Positions 39,406-64,000 of a stretch of DNA of 64,000 bases are shown here, piece after piece. Position 1 is the first letter of the stretch; each line of letters begins with the position of its first letter. The notes under the pieces are model-generated. The model was not told the origin of the DNA, made no database searches, and saw nothing but the letters and a program-made list of their open reading frames with translations. The translations under genes were made by a program, and so were the position numbers. The stretch spans positions 16,527,245 through 16,591,244 of the forward strand of contig CM119264.1 in the NCBI GenBank assembly GCA_051294375.1. Reading direction: 5' to 3'. Source of the DNA: Paraspadella gotoi. Its lineage: Eukaryota; Animalia; Chaetognatha.

Positions 39406-40259
39406 ATGCGTTCTGCAGTTGCTACGAATGTTAAGGTACGAAAAGCTTCATTTAAAAAAGTTTTTCTCCGTGATTTTTTTTTTCTTATTTCAGCATTTCT
39501 CTTCATATTCTTACATTAATTTAATTTTTTCAATGACGTAAATATGTAGCTTTTGTAAAGACAAAGTTTTATCTAAATCCAAAAAGCTAACTGCTCGCCG
39601 CTCGCCGATCGCGTCTTGCGTTTTTTTCATCGGGATTTTAAACATTAGGACGGAAAGAAAAAAAAACAACTTTTTTACAGCGGCCACGCTCTTTTATTTT
39701 ATTCAATTTTTTTTCATTTTTCTTATTCATTAATTAAAATCGGAAAACGATCTTTCGCGCTTTAAGTTTCACAATAAAATCTTATTTTCTTTATTTTAGG
39801 TATACGTAGTAGTATCGCGTAGCTCGTAGAATATATTTTTAGTAAGTATTGATAGCTGCGCGATATTTCTTTAATTTTCATTATTTGTTTTTCTAGTTTA
39901 ACAAGAAATAAATTGAAATAGTTGAGCTCGAATAAAACTGTTTATTAGTCTTATCGACCGGGCACGGTGAAGAATCATTCTGCTTAAAGCTTAATTTCAT
40001 AATTGTAGTTGTCGACGCTATTTTTAGAGCACGAGATTTCTACTGCTTTTCATTCTAGCGCTAAAAACATTTGAGTTGTGCCCAAAGTGGAGGCGCCATT
40101 TTGTTTTAAGTCCTGTAAATGCCTGGATCTCTTTTATCAGATGTTTAGAAGCTTTGTACATCTTTCTTTTCTTATTTACTTTTAGTAGCATTTTAGGAAA
40201 ATTACTTTATTTCACAAATTTTGAGAAAAATGTTGCACGACAGACATGAATGATGTGGC

Positions 40260-40325
<66 letters not shown>

Positions 40326-43300
40326 AAGACAAGACATGTCTTACGTTAACCTTTGACTCTGTTTTCCATTCAGAATTCCCTGAGCGAATGGGTTCATTTC
40401 AGATATTTAATTGAAATTAAAAACGACTATATCCTAAGATTATTTTATCGGAAGTTTCTTTTTGTTTTAAACGAAGATAGACGAGGGCAATCTTTGACTT
40501 CATCACCCGTATAATAATATGAAATGTAAAAAGAGTTATGATAGCCTGAAAAAGTAATCGCTATACAATTTATAGACAGTCGCAAATAAGTTTATCTCAA
40601 AGATTATACAACCTCATGTAATGAATTATGATAATTTTTAAAGGGTAGATGATTATAAGTATGGTCTGAAAGCCAGTTAAAGACGACATTATGGCAATAC
40701 GATTTTGGACACAACCAAATGCATTTAGCCATTGACAGGTAATAAGAAGTGTTTTACAAGGAGTGACTTCGATATAATCCAATTTTTTTATGTAAAACAG
40801 GCGGCTATACAATTTATATAGACCGTTGACAAATAAATCTCTTTGAAATCTAGTTTTCCTTTGTTCGACTATTGAGGGTCATACATAATAAGTTGCATAT
40901 AATAGACTGCACCAACCAATATAGCGACTGCGAAAAAACAGTTCATGGTTGTTTCTTTAAATTTTTTTAATTACATACGTTTTCAGGGTCTCCAACGAGA
41001 TAACAAGACAATACATAACTGAATAAGATTTAGTTTTAGTTTAGGTCTTCACTCCCAAAACATTTAAAACATAACAATATTCTATTTCATAATTAAATGA
41101 TATGTGTTGTTTTCGTTGTTTTAAAACATAGTCGTTTTAAGTTGAGGCGCTTTTTTGACAGCGGGACTCTGTCTAGCGGCGGAGGAGGCGGCGGCGGTCG
41201 CGAACTAGATTTCAGAGGGAAATCCTCAAGGATGCAAAAGGACGGAGAATTCCTGCTGGATGGTTGCCCAATCCCAGGCAACAACCCTAATCATCCCCGG
41301 ACGAAGTAAGTTCAAACCCAGATTAGATCAATTTCATATATATCATTGTCCATCAAAAATATAAATCTAGTAAAAATAGCAAGAAGAATTTTAAAATTCA
41401 TTAATTCACCATTTTTTAACTTTGAAGTGCTCAACCAGTTTTAAATTAAACGATTTACCCTTACAATTCGATGTTTCGATATAAGTTGATTGTGTTTTCT
41501 ACAACCCAATTCTAGATAATCATGAACTACATTAGCGGTAGCCGACCAAATTCAAATTTTAATGGGAACAGCATTAAACTAATCCATTATTGTGTTAAAA
41601 TATTTTTTTGCAAAAATGTTCTGAACCATGAGTAATTCGCTAATTAATATTATTATATTTCTATATAATGTCAAAATTTTTTTGTGGATATTTTAAGTTT
41701 TTTTAATTGATTCTGATAGAGCTTAAAAAGTTAAGCAAAAAATATAATTACAACTTTTTAAAATTTTGATGTTTTATTACTAAAAATTAGTAGAAACAGC
41801 TAAAATCATCGGATGATGATGATGATGATGCTTTTTTAAGGTTTTTCTCAATTTAAACCCACTTATCATCAAAATATTGAAAAAAAAATTATACTTTGTG
41901 TAGATAACTTTTTATACGCTATTTGAATCTGCTTTTAAAAATAAAAAATTCCCAAAAAAAATTTTTACATTCCCTATCTATAAATAAATATTAAAAAATT
42001 AATTACTAATGCTTCTTGCCATTTTAGAAAATTTTGCTCCATTGAAAGTTTTATCAGAAATGTATGAAGTTTCATTTGGAAATGTTCCCAAATCAAACTT
42101 CTGACCCACCCCATTGACGAAGTTTGGCTCTAACTACATACATATATAAGCTGTATTTTTTTCAGAAAAGTCATCTTCAATTTCAAAGAAAACTCCACGT
42201 CTGAATTATTTTTTATTTTTATTTTTTTAAATTTTCATGACTTTTTTACAGATTGATTTCCAGAGTATTCGCTTTCTTTCTTTACTTGATTACGCTTGCT
42301 ATCGTCGGGGCCATGACAGTACTGGGTAAGAATCATTCAATCTGCATAAATGACTCCGATGTGTGAGAGAGGTTATTATTACAAAATCCAGTAATCATGG
42401 CCAAACCGATCATCACTCATAACGGATATCAACCTACGACTTGTCGCGTCAACCTGACGCGGTTCTACGGAGAACAAGAGTGTCGATGCGGCATTGGATG
42501 TCGGAGTAAAATGCCCTGCGGTCAGGTAGGTATGGATTGAATTAACCATCTCTCCTTAATCCTTAATACCAACAACCATCCCTTCGTCCCCGTCAGGTCT
42601 TCATCGACTTTCCTCTCGTCCACAATAAGTCGGGAAACGTGACCTGGGTCTACGGCCGTCTGCTCCACGAGGATCAGCTCAACGAGAAGCACTACCCCAT
42701 CTGCTCCATCTCCTCCAACGCCAGATGCTACAAGCAGGACGACTACAACGTCATCGACGTGCAAAAGTTTTTGTCGCATTTCAACGATACCAAGAATGAG
42801 GAAGAATCTTTTCAGGTCGACTTAATAGACGTCATCTCAAATAGAAAATGGTCATATTGGGGACTGGACAATGGGCAATGGGGAGTTCTTTAGCCCCAAT
42901 TTCAATTTTTAATTAAAAGTTTAGCATAATCGACCACAATTTTCGGTAACAGTATTCGCGAGAATTTAGATATTAGAAGTGTCGTCTCCTATGTCAAAAC
43001 ACTTTTTTTCCTGCAGTGTTTCTACAACCGCAACAATCCTGACAGCGTTCTTCTCTACATCGTGCCTTCAACGAGATTCATACAGGTTACTATTATAATT
43101 ACAATTGCAAAAATTACGTTCAGATAGGCAGTGCCACTAGTATTAGTAGCAATAGTATCTTTAAAAATAATTGCTATAAATTTAACTATGGTCTAATGCA
43201 GATAATCTTGGCGGCGTCGTGGGGACTCGTGGGGATCATCATCATCCTTCTCACGCTGCTTGGCCTCATTCTCACTGCTTGCAATCGTTGTGTGGACGTG

Positions 43301-43715
43301 CCAGAACCCGGTAAATCACAGTTATACTTTATATTTAGTGTTAATTTTGAAAAAATCATGATTAACTTAATTAACTTGAAATAATTCAAAACCATTATGC
43401 TTACTAGAACTCACATTCATCAGAGCAGGCGTTAACATAATAAAAGTAATCTTGCGATTTTCATAAAAAATTTTTGATTAGTTTCTAACTTTTAATTACA
43501 TTTTTAACTTGACTGCCATTGGGGTTGTCCGACAAAAAACTGTCACGAGTCGCGGATAAAATTACCTCGTATTAAAGAATACTTTGGCGCTCCCGACCCT
43601 TCTCTCTCTTGTCTCTATCTCTACGCATTTGTCAGAAAAAAATTAAGATAAAATACTTTTTAAGACCTGTGACCGACCGAAGAGAGAGTGGGGGAGGACG
43701 ACAGACTCGCAGACT

Positions 43716-43801
<86 letters not shown>

Positions 43802-44508
43802 ATCCTCCTTCCTTGAATATCAATGACTTCACTTGGCTCGTTGGTCATTTGTTTCGAGGTGACTCCGATTCCTCTGGACCTGAACCCTGAACCCAGGCCA
43901 TCATTTAAGATTTAAATAATTTAAAATTAAAATAGAGTTTATATAAAAATTTCGTGAAGGTTTCAAACATATTTTCCCGACCTTTATTTTCCAGCCATAA
44001 TTTGCCGGCCAGAAGGAAGCGGTGGCCACGGTCAAACAGACCTCGCTTGAGAAAAAAAAAAATGCGGAGGAGTTTTTTTTTTTTTTAAGATTGAGTGATT
44101 TTTCTCGCTTCGGCTCAGTCACGTGATTGGGCCTCACGACCGAGGGTTTCTCTTAGCGAAACCTAAAGCGGAATATGTCTCTTGGTTGCGTCTTCATTTT
44201 GTACGCGCTTGAGCTTTGGGCGCGCGGCTGCAATGGTACGAAGCATTTTAATCGTCGTAGACTACTATGTGAAAACGATAGATATATTTGCACGACATTT
44301 ATATGCACACGGAATAAGTTCTTTCATTTTTTAATTCCTAAAAAAATTTTCATACGTTGATAATTCCGCGAACGCTCGTTAATAATGCATGCAAAGGGTA
44401 GTTGGTTTTGCTTATTAAGATTTAAATAATCTCATCATATCAATTTTAGTTGGCCTACGTTTTCTGATGATGTTCTTACACAATTCAATCGATTAATCTC
44501 ATTCTTTC

Positions 44509-44558
<50 letters not shown>

Positions 44559-44718
44559 CTTCCCTCCCAGAGCCCGAGGACCTTCCACTTGCAAGTGAAC
44601 CTGGCACAGATGACTCTGGTTGGATAACCCCGTTGATGTCAAGGATTCGGGAGGCGTTGCCGACGACGACGCCATCCCGGAAGCGGTCGTCGTTGATTCC
44701 AATAAAAACGCTTCTTGA
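39406..44718 (+). CDS. KCNMB: BK-channel beta-subunit (KCNMB/CaKB family) homologue. Exons 39406-39435 (tentative), 41142-41305, 42252-42325, 42392-42525, 42597-42815, 43017-43085, 43202-43310, 44571-~44718/44782
   Basis: The spliced product has TM1 RVFAFFLYLITLAIVGAMTVLVIM and TM2 IILAASWGLVGIIIILLTLLGLIL. The loop between them is TTCRVNLTRFYGEQECRCGIGCRSKMPCGQVFI...LLHED...ICSISSNARCY...FQCFYNRNNPDSVLL. It has 8 Cys in the KCNMB spacing (C..C.CG..C....PC.QV....CS...C...F.CY). All internal intron phases are consistent. The first and last exons are less certain. Confidence 0.8.
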
Positions 44719-46829
44719 TGTTGCGGGGAAATGGGGGGGGGGGAGGGGGGAAGAACCCTTAAAACAAGAAAACCGTAAATGAAATTGAAATTTTTTTAGA
44801 TCCCTTACTAGTCATAAAAGGGTAGGCATTATTATGTTCTGATCATAACAAATCTTTATCACGTACATTTTGTTTAACGTTTCATTTTTGCTCTCCATAT
44901 TGACCACGCTCACTGATCGTATGATCGTATGATCAATTATTAATATATTAACGGATATTTCGTCAGTTACCATTTTTTATTATATATTTCAAAACCACTT
45001 CATAATTTAAAAAAAATAGCAGTATTAATGTAAGTAAACCCTTGTATAATAAAAAAATGGCAACTTAACAAAAGTATTTATTTATTTCTGAGGAAAAATA
45101 ATATGCCTCACCTGTATCTAATATTTCTGCTATACGTACTAGTATATGTTTAAAAAATGTTTCATAAATAAGAATTCTCATTTTATAATGTGAAACAATT
45201 TTAAAGTTCTTGAGTTTATTAATTTGATATATACCAGCATATTTAAATTTATATTAAAGCTTTTAAATAGCTTAAATGAAAACAGAAAAAGTGAAGTGAA
45301 ATAAGTTGCAAATCAAAAAAATCTTTCTGATACTAAGCAACAACGAAAGCTACGTTAATTGCACCATAAACATAAAGTTAAAAGCAAAGTCAATCAGTTC
45401 AACTCTTTTTATTTATTCCCTTTACATATTTTAAATGAAAAAAAATTAAGTTTGTTTAACTAGATGGTTGTTTGGTGACTAGTCGAAGTCGATAGATAGC
45501 AAATAACTTCTTGTATTAAAATATAAAATTATTATATCCCATTATTAGACATTATTGAAATATTTTAATAACGAGTTAATAATTATATTAAGCACTTGTC
45601 TTTGACAATAATTTTTAAAAATAATTTAAATTCAACTAACGTTTTTCTTTACATACTTACATTTCATTTGAACTTTTACTACTGCCTAATGATATGTAGT
45701 TGATGATAATCACATATTTATTCGTGTTACAATTACGATGTACGCTTTTTATTTAGCAAAAGAAAAATGGAACACGGGCACTAGTCTATGTAGTCATTAT
45801 CTTGATCGTATTTTGTAAATATTATTGAAGCATAATTTTTTGATATTAAAACTGTAATTATTACACAGTATTTTGTTTATATCTTGGAGAATTATTAAAT
45901 AATATTAGACATAACAATATTCTATAAATTTTCTCGCCTAATAATAATAAATGATTTATATATATATATTTATATATTTTATATTTAATACAATATTTTT
46001 ATTTGACAGATTTAATAAATTTTACTTAAGTAAAATAAAAAATTGGTACCGATATCTATTGTATATCTGATCGCTTAGACTTTCTGTTTCCGTCTTCCCG
46101 TTCTGTAAGTCCGAGTTTCTCTTTTAACAGACGAAATAATCTGACAGCCCAAGGAATCCGGCACTAGGTGAAGGAGGGAATGAAAGTTTTCATGTTGCTA
46201 ATCGTTTTGATTAGCATTGTAAAAGAACAAAGCATCAATGGTATTAAATTTAGGTGTCTTCTGTTTCTGTTAGATGAGCTCTTCGTAGTTTCTCTACAGC
46301 CAATAAAAAAAACGAATGGGTCTCAAACTCGAAGATGTCGATCGACTTCTCCTTATCGAGGGCATCGTTCTTTTTTTTTAATTTACTATTCCCTCAAAAG
46401 AGGGCATATAAAACCTTCTTCGTTCGGAAAAACAAAAACTCCACCGCCTTGAATTCTCTAACCAATTTTAAATTTAATCAGTAAAATCTCGAAATATTAG
46501 GTATAAATTATAGATTATATTATATTATATTATATATATTATATTAAATAGATTATACTAAATGAAATTGTTTTTCTCTCTTTTCGTTGCTTTTGAATTT
46601 AGAAATGAAAAAAAAGAATTTTTTGTTGTTTGGATAACATACAAACAAATATAAATAAAATATTTAGTTATAGATTTTAAAGTAAACCTTCAGGGGAAAA
46701 CCTTTTCTGTTTCGTAAACTTTTAATTTCCGTCATTATTACATGATTCGAGCTATATCCCTATCATAATTAAAAACAAAATTCCCCCCCAAGACAACAAA
46801 CTTGCGACGCTGCTACTATTTCTCTGTCT

Positions 46830-46888
<59 letters not shown>

Positions 46889-47577
46889 ACTCTCTCTCCT
46901 CGCTCTTATCTCCTCTCAGCAGGTTTTTCAAAATGAATCGAATGAAATCCAGTGATATTTTTATTACTATATTCATTTTGCGTTTCGATCTCATATTTTT
47001 CCCGATCAAACTTGTCAATTTTTCCCCTCAACTCTTCGAAGGGAGACTTTTTACTCGAGGGTTTTGGATCCCCTTTCCTTCGCTTCCATTTACCAAACAT
47101 ATTTCGTTGGTTCTGCTTCTACCCAATACCCATACAAGGAGTTTATCAGTGATAATGTTTACTTTGACTGGGTTTTGTTTAAAAAAAAGGCTTAACTCAT
47201 AAAAGTCCGAGTATATACGTTTCATTTTCATTTTTCAATAGACTTATATATTTAATCAAATTTACTACTTTTTTTTATTATTTTTTTTTCTAAACGGAAA
47301 AACTAGAATATGTCACGCGATTAATCGACTTTCGAATCTTGCGGAACGCACTGTAAAAAACTTTCGTGTGATCCTCCGAGCTTTTCAAGTTAAAATCGTA
47401 AAAAAATCCTATAATCCGTAATTTGGGAATAAACGACCTTTTAAGCCTTTTTTTTTTCGGAAACGGGATATATTTTCGCGTTTCGAAAAACTGAATTTTC
47501 CGGCGGAAATTTTCAAATATTTCTCGTTGGAAAAAAAGATCGGTCGGGCGTCGCGTCGTCCCGCCTCGTCGTTGGAA

Positions 47578-59969
<12,392 letters not shown>

Positions 59970-60368
59970 GTGAGAACGTCACCGATATCGACACTTTTGG
60001 GTGAATGAAAATTAATTTAAATAAAAGACGGGATAATTGGTATTATCTTAACACAAAAATAACAAATGAAAAAATAATTAAATTCACGCTTGAATATCGC
60101 ATTAAAAACCTGTTTTCAAAACGTTGACAGCCAAATCAGTTGGAAATAAAAAAAAAAAAAATTGCGAGTCTCTTTCGCACATTAAACGACTGGAGGTTCG
60201 ATTCGCATAATCCTTTTATTGGTTTTTTCTTACAACAATTCAGTTTATTGCGTTTTTCTTAGCAAAGACCTTTTCAATCGGTACCGAGCTTGATCATCAT
60301 CATCATTCTCATCATTTCATAATCAATGTCGAGTGGCAAGATAATAGTCATCTTTCTCGTCAACATCA

Positions 60369-63300
60369 TCATCCTCTTCTTCGCTTTTCTTCGGCCGCAA
60401 AGTCGGGATTGGGTTTGATTTTCATGACGACCGACTTGAGCGTGGTTCCCTCGTCTAGAGCGAAGGTCTTCATGCAGTTGTCACCTGGGCATCTCGTCCC
60501 GCCTCCGACGCCTCCGCCGGCGCCGCCGACGCCCCGTGGAAAGACGCCGTTAAAGTTTGACCGGAAGCAGTCGGCGAACCACCAGCCGGACCGGAACTTG
60601 GAGGCGCAGTTGCCGTCTTTGAAAAGATCGTTGTCGCGGTCGTGGGTGCTGCGACGTCGGAGGGTGTTGGGTGTTGGGTGACGGTTATTATGTGAAATTA
60701 TACTCATCTCTTTTTAAAGATATTCCAAAATTGGAAGAAATCATAACCCTCTGTTTGACAACAATAAAACTAACTTCTCTGACCCGAGGAAAATGAAAAA
60801 AAAAAAACTCACGTGAACTGTCGCCCACTGTGTGTAAAATTCGCTAACAGCGTCTGCAAAGGATCGCTCATATTTCCATGAAACTCTCCAAGCGTCAACC
60901 GGAAGAGAGACTGTTCCGAGGCGACGTAGAATTTTCCGTAATCCGCTCGGAATCGCGATCCGGTTTCTAATGTTTCCAGCTCCACACGCAGCTTGTACTT
61001 TCCAGAGTTGGTGATGCTTAAAGACCGAAAAAAAAGGGGAGCAATTTAGGATGAGGAGGAGGCATTCGCGTCCTTTTGCTTTTCTAGAAAAAAATGTGAC
61101 GTGAAACGCCCTCTCACGGGTTGCTTTACCGTCACCTTGAAATGACGCGATTGCCAAGCCAAAAGTCCCCCGTCAAATTCCCGAATCCTTCGGCGTAAGA
61201 GTTCCAGTCTCGATCGAAATCGACGTCAGCGTCCCGTCGCCTTTGAATCAAAAGCCAATCATCGTCGCAAGCAGCCGTGAAAGATTCTGATTGGCGGGGA
61301 AGGAATTTGATTATTTAATGATGCAACCATCTGGAGACGGATAGACGGAAAAGTATCTAGTTCATCCCGCAACGTTTACCCGAGGACGAAATAAAGATCC
61401 TGTAGAGGCCCTCTGGTCGGCCTTTCGTCCAGTCGTATCCGTGAGCGCAGTCGTTCTTCAGTGTCTTCATCTTTGGCACTTCGGGGTGGACGTCGTCACC
61501 GTCATCGTCGATGCCTCCGACAGTCTCCATCAACGCCTCGGTCAAGACCTATAGCACGAGATGATCGATCAAGAATTTCAGCATTGATGTTGTAATAAAT
61601 CGATCGTGGAATACCTTAAACCTGGCGAGTTTGTTACGCATCCTGACGACCTTGGCGTCGGCCTCAACCGCCTTCGCTCGAAAGATTGAGTTCTGCCTCG
61701 CGGACTCGAGAAGATCGATCTGAAGTCGGAGTCGCTCGTCGTCCACTTCGTCCATTTGGAGGCTGAGGATTAATTAGGGGGATTTGATGAGGGGCAGAGC
61801 TGGGATGGTGGATTGGTGGTAATTTGTGGTAATTTGTGGCAACGTGAAGTCGAATTTTGCTTACAAAATTTTAATTTCGGATTATATTGTGAATGATTGG
61901 AGGAAATGCGTAATCAACTTCTAAAAAAAAAAATTGACTAAAACAGTAATAATAACGGTTAATTCTTTAAATCAGTTCCCTTGTCGAAAACACTGGAGTG
62001 GACTCCTTTTTATTTATGATCACCAAAACCAAGCACTCTGTTTCCCCTCCCACCCACCCACTTAACTTTTTCTCAGTCCTCACGAAAAATTCAAAACGGA
62101 ACCCGCTTTTTAAAAGACGCCCATAAACGCTTTCACACTTTGCATATTTTAAAAGGCGGCAGAGGACAAACCTGAATTCACGAGCCATTTTTGTCAGATG
62201 ACATCGAGAGCAACGCAATGAATCTTCGTTTTTGTCAAGAGATGACGATGACGATGATGACACTGAAATGTCGCTATCGTCCTGCAAAAGAGTAAAATGT
62301 AGTTTCGTTTTTACGGTAGCTGCTTGACTACGGAGTAATTGTCAGTAATTGTCAGTTTATATGAAAAATGATGTCGTGACTCAAAATTGTGCAGAAAAAA
62401 AAAGGGAAAGGGAAGATGAATGCTTGTAAAATTGATTGGCCTCACTTGCCATTAAAAGAACGTCGGCCATGTCGCGATGCCATTTTGTTTTTGTTGTGTC
62501 CCGAGAGGGCGACTGAGGTCTCGGGGGAAATTCTCGCCGTAGACGCGAATCTGAATTCCATGTTTTGATCTTGATGCCATCTTGACCCGAGATGATCCTC
62601 AGTTTACCTTTCAGGAAAAGAAAAAAAGTTTTTCTTTTTTATTTTCTTGTTCCACTACTTCCCCCGAAACAAAAAAAAAGAAATCCTAGATCTCCTAAAT
62701 CAAGATGGAACTTGGAAAAAAAAAATCATTTCTCCAATTCACTATCCTCTCACAGCAACTGAACAGCACCTCCGCGAGCCTTTGCTTTCTTCTCCTGCAG
62801 CAGCAGCAGCTGGAAGGCGTCGCTGATCGCGCTGGTTTGCCGCAAGATGTTGTCATGAATTTGGGACGAGTTTGGGCGGAAATGGTCGTCAACGGCGGCG
62901 CGGAGAGACGTCAAATCTCGACGCTGACGCCAAAGCGACGATCGTATTCCTCGCAGTTCCACCTTCAAGCGACGATTCAACGAGATGTTTGAAAATCGAT
63001 GACTGACCCTTCTTTTTATTTCTTTATTTTTTTAATTTATTTTTTAACTTTTAAACTTTTAAATTTTTTTAAAATTTTGTATTTATTTTTGTTTTTATCT
63101 AGGTATCAAATCAATGATGAAATAATTTTTTTTTTTTTTTTTTTTTTTTTTCTGAAATAAAAGAGACAATTTGACAATTAAGACAATAAGAAGATTAAAC
63201 GATTAAACGATGAGTATTGAGCAAGAAAAATTGCACTAATGGCACTAAAAATAAAATTCAAACAATTAAGGATCATTGCGGACATTGCAAATTGGAAAAG

Positions 63301-63507
63301 TATTAAGTATATCAATGAAAATCATGAGTGAATATTAGCATTAAATAAGATAAGATCAGATATTGAAAAAAAATTTCACCTCGATTCGTTGAACGTTCGA
63401 ATGGCAAATTTTGTCGGCCTCCCCGAAGCTGATGATGACCGGAGAAGAATTTTCCTTTCCCCAATTCGAGAATTCCGCTTCTCGATTAGTCCCTTTTTCG
63501 TGTGTGT
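60369..63507 (-). CDS. Coiled-coil plus fibrinogen-related domain (FReD) protein, angiopoietin-like architecture. Exons 63380-63507, 62770-63002, 62450-62607, 62172-62281, 61615-61762, 61380-61548, 61136-61286, 60813-61016, 60369-60648; 5' end unresolved
   Basis: The FReD motifs splice in frame: [105 protein letters not shown]. Upstream exons are helical/coiled-coil-like. Minus-strand AATAAA at 60244-60249 and 60215-60220. Confidence 0.88.
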
Positions 63508-64000
63508 CTGCGAGAAAAAAGGCAAATTCTTAACTCGAGTTTGTTTTTTAAAAATCGGTCGAAAAATGAAGTCGTAATTCACCGAATTTCTCATGGACTC
63601 CGTTGTCTTCGGAGGCTAAACCGCCGATCCTCGTCTTCGTTCCCGGGAAATCCGATACTACTTTCGATTATGTCAACGAAAACAAAAGGGCATCGGTTTT
63701 AATCTTTTTTTCGAGTCCGGCTCGAAATAATTAATATGTAGAAAAAACACACCTCTCTTCCATTGGTAACTCTTATCTCCTCTTTGGTTGATTTTCTTTC
63801 TTTGGGCTAAGGACGCGATCTGAAATGAAGGAGCTACTGGCGCCAAGAAGCCGCCATGAGCCACGCCCCTTTCACTCCTATCGGCCTCGTCGTTGACGAA
63901 CCGTCGATCCTCGCGTCGACCGACGCCGCTTGTCACGCCGGCGCCGTTCCCTGTGGCGCCCAGAGTCCCTGTGTCAAATTTTTCGTGATCGACGCCGCGC

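Noticed and set aside
44571-44782. Programmed frameshift in the last KCNMB exon
   Set aside because: A more protein-like frame (DNPVDVKDSGGVADDDAIPEAVVVDSNKNAS*) needs one extra base near 44620. A consensus error is simpler, and no slippery site is evident.
63583-64000. Definite first exons and signal peptide of the FReD gene
   Set aside because: Minus-strand exon-like blocks exist, but their phases conflict and no signal peptide is visible. The 5' end is left unresolved.

Overview
AT-rich, intron-containing animal genomic DNA, dense in (AG/CT)n and (GAC/GTC)n microsatellites, with three N-gaps. It is probably a non-arthropod, non-nematode invertebrate; this is inferred from the presence of a PPAR gene. 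I reconstructed five protein-coding genes by hand from GT-AG splice sites and reading-frame phase. (1) A PPAR/NR1C-type nuclear receptor (+, 11433-25527) of about 1,150 aa, with a very long A/B domain and two large low-complexity insertions in the ligand-binding domain. One insertion separates helix 11 from the AF-2 helix 12 by about 180 aa. (2) A two-exon, 2,676-aa adhesion GPCR (+, 28703-37111) with a CELSR-like cadherin/EGF/LamG ectodomain, a roughly 750-aa unassigned region, and a 7TM that looks ADGRG (GPR126/64/112)-type rather than CELSR-type. Most of it lies in one 7.5-kb exon with a strong internal GC mosaic. (3) A KCNMB/CaKB BK-channel beta-subunit homologue (+, about 39406-44718). 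(4) The 5' part of ARHGAP39/Vilse (+, 47578 to beyond the window): two WW domains, a long disordered linker and the start of the MyTH4 domain. (5) A coiled-coil plus fibrinogen-domain gene (-, 60369 to about 63507), apparently nested in an ARHGAP39 intron. A Helentron-like non-autonomous element occurs in 3-4 copies. The tandem duplications of the PPAR DNA-binding exons and part of the LBD flank 25-N gaps and look like long-read gap-filling artefacts. All family assignments rest on motif recall, not database searches.
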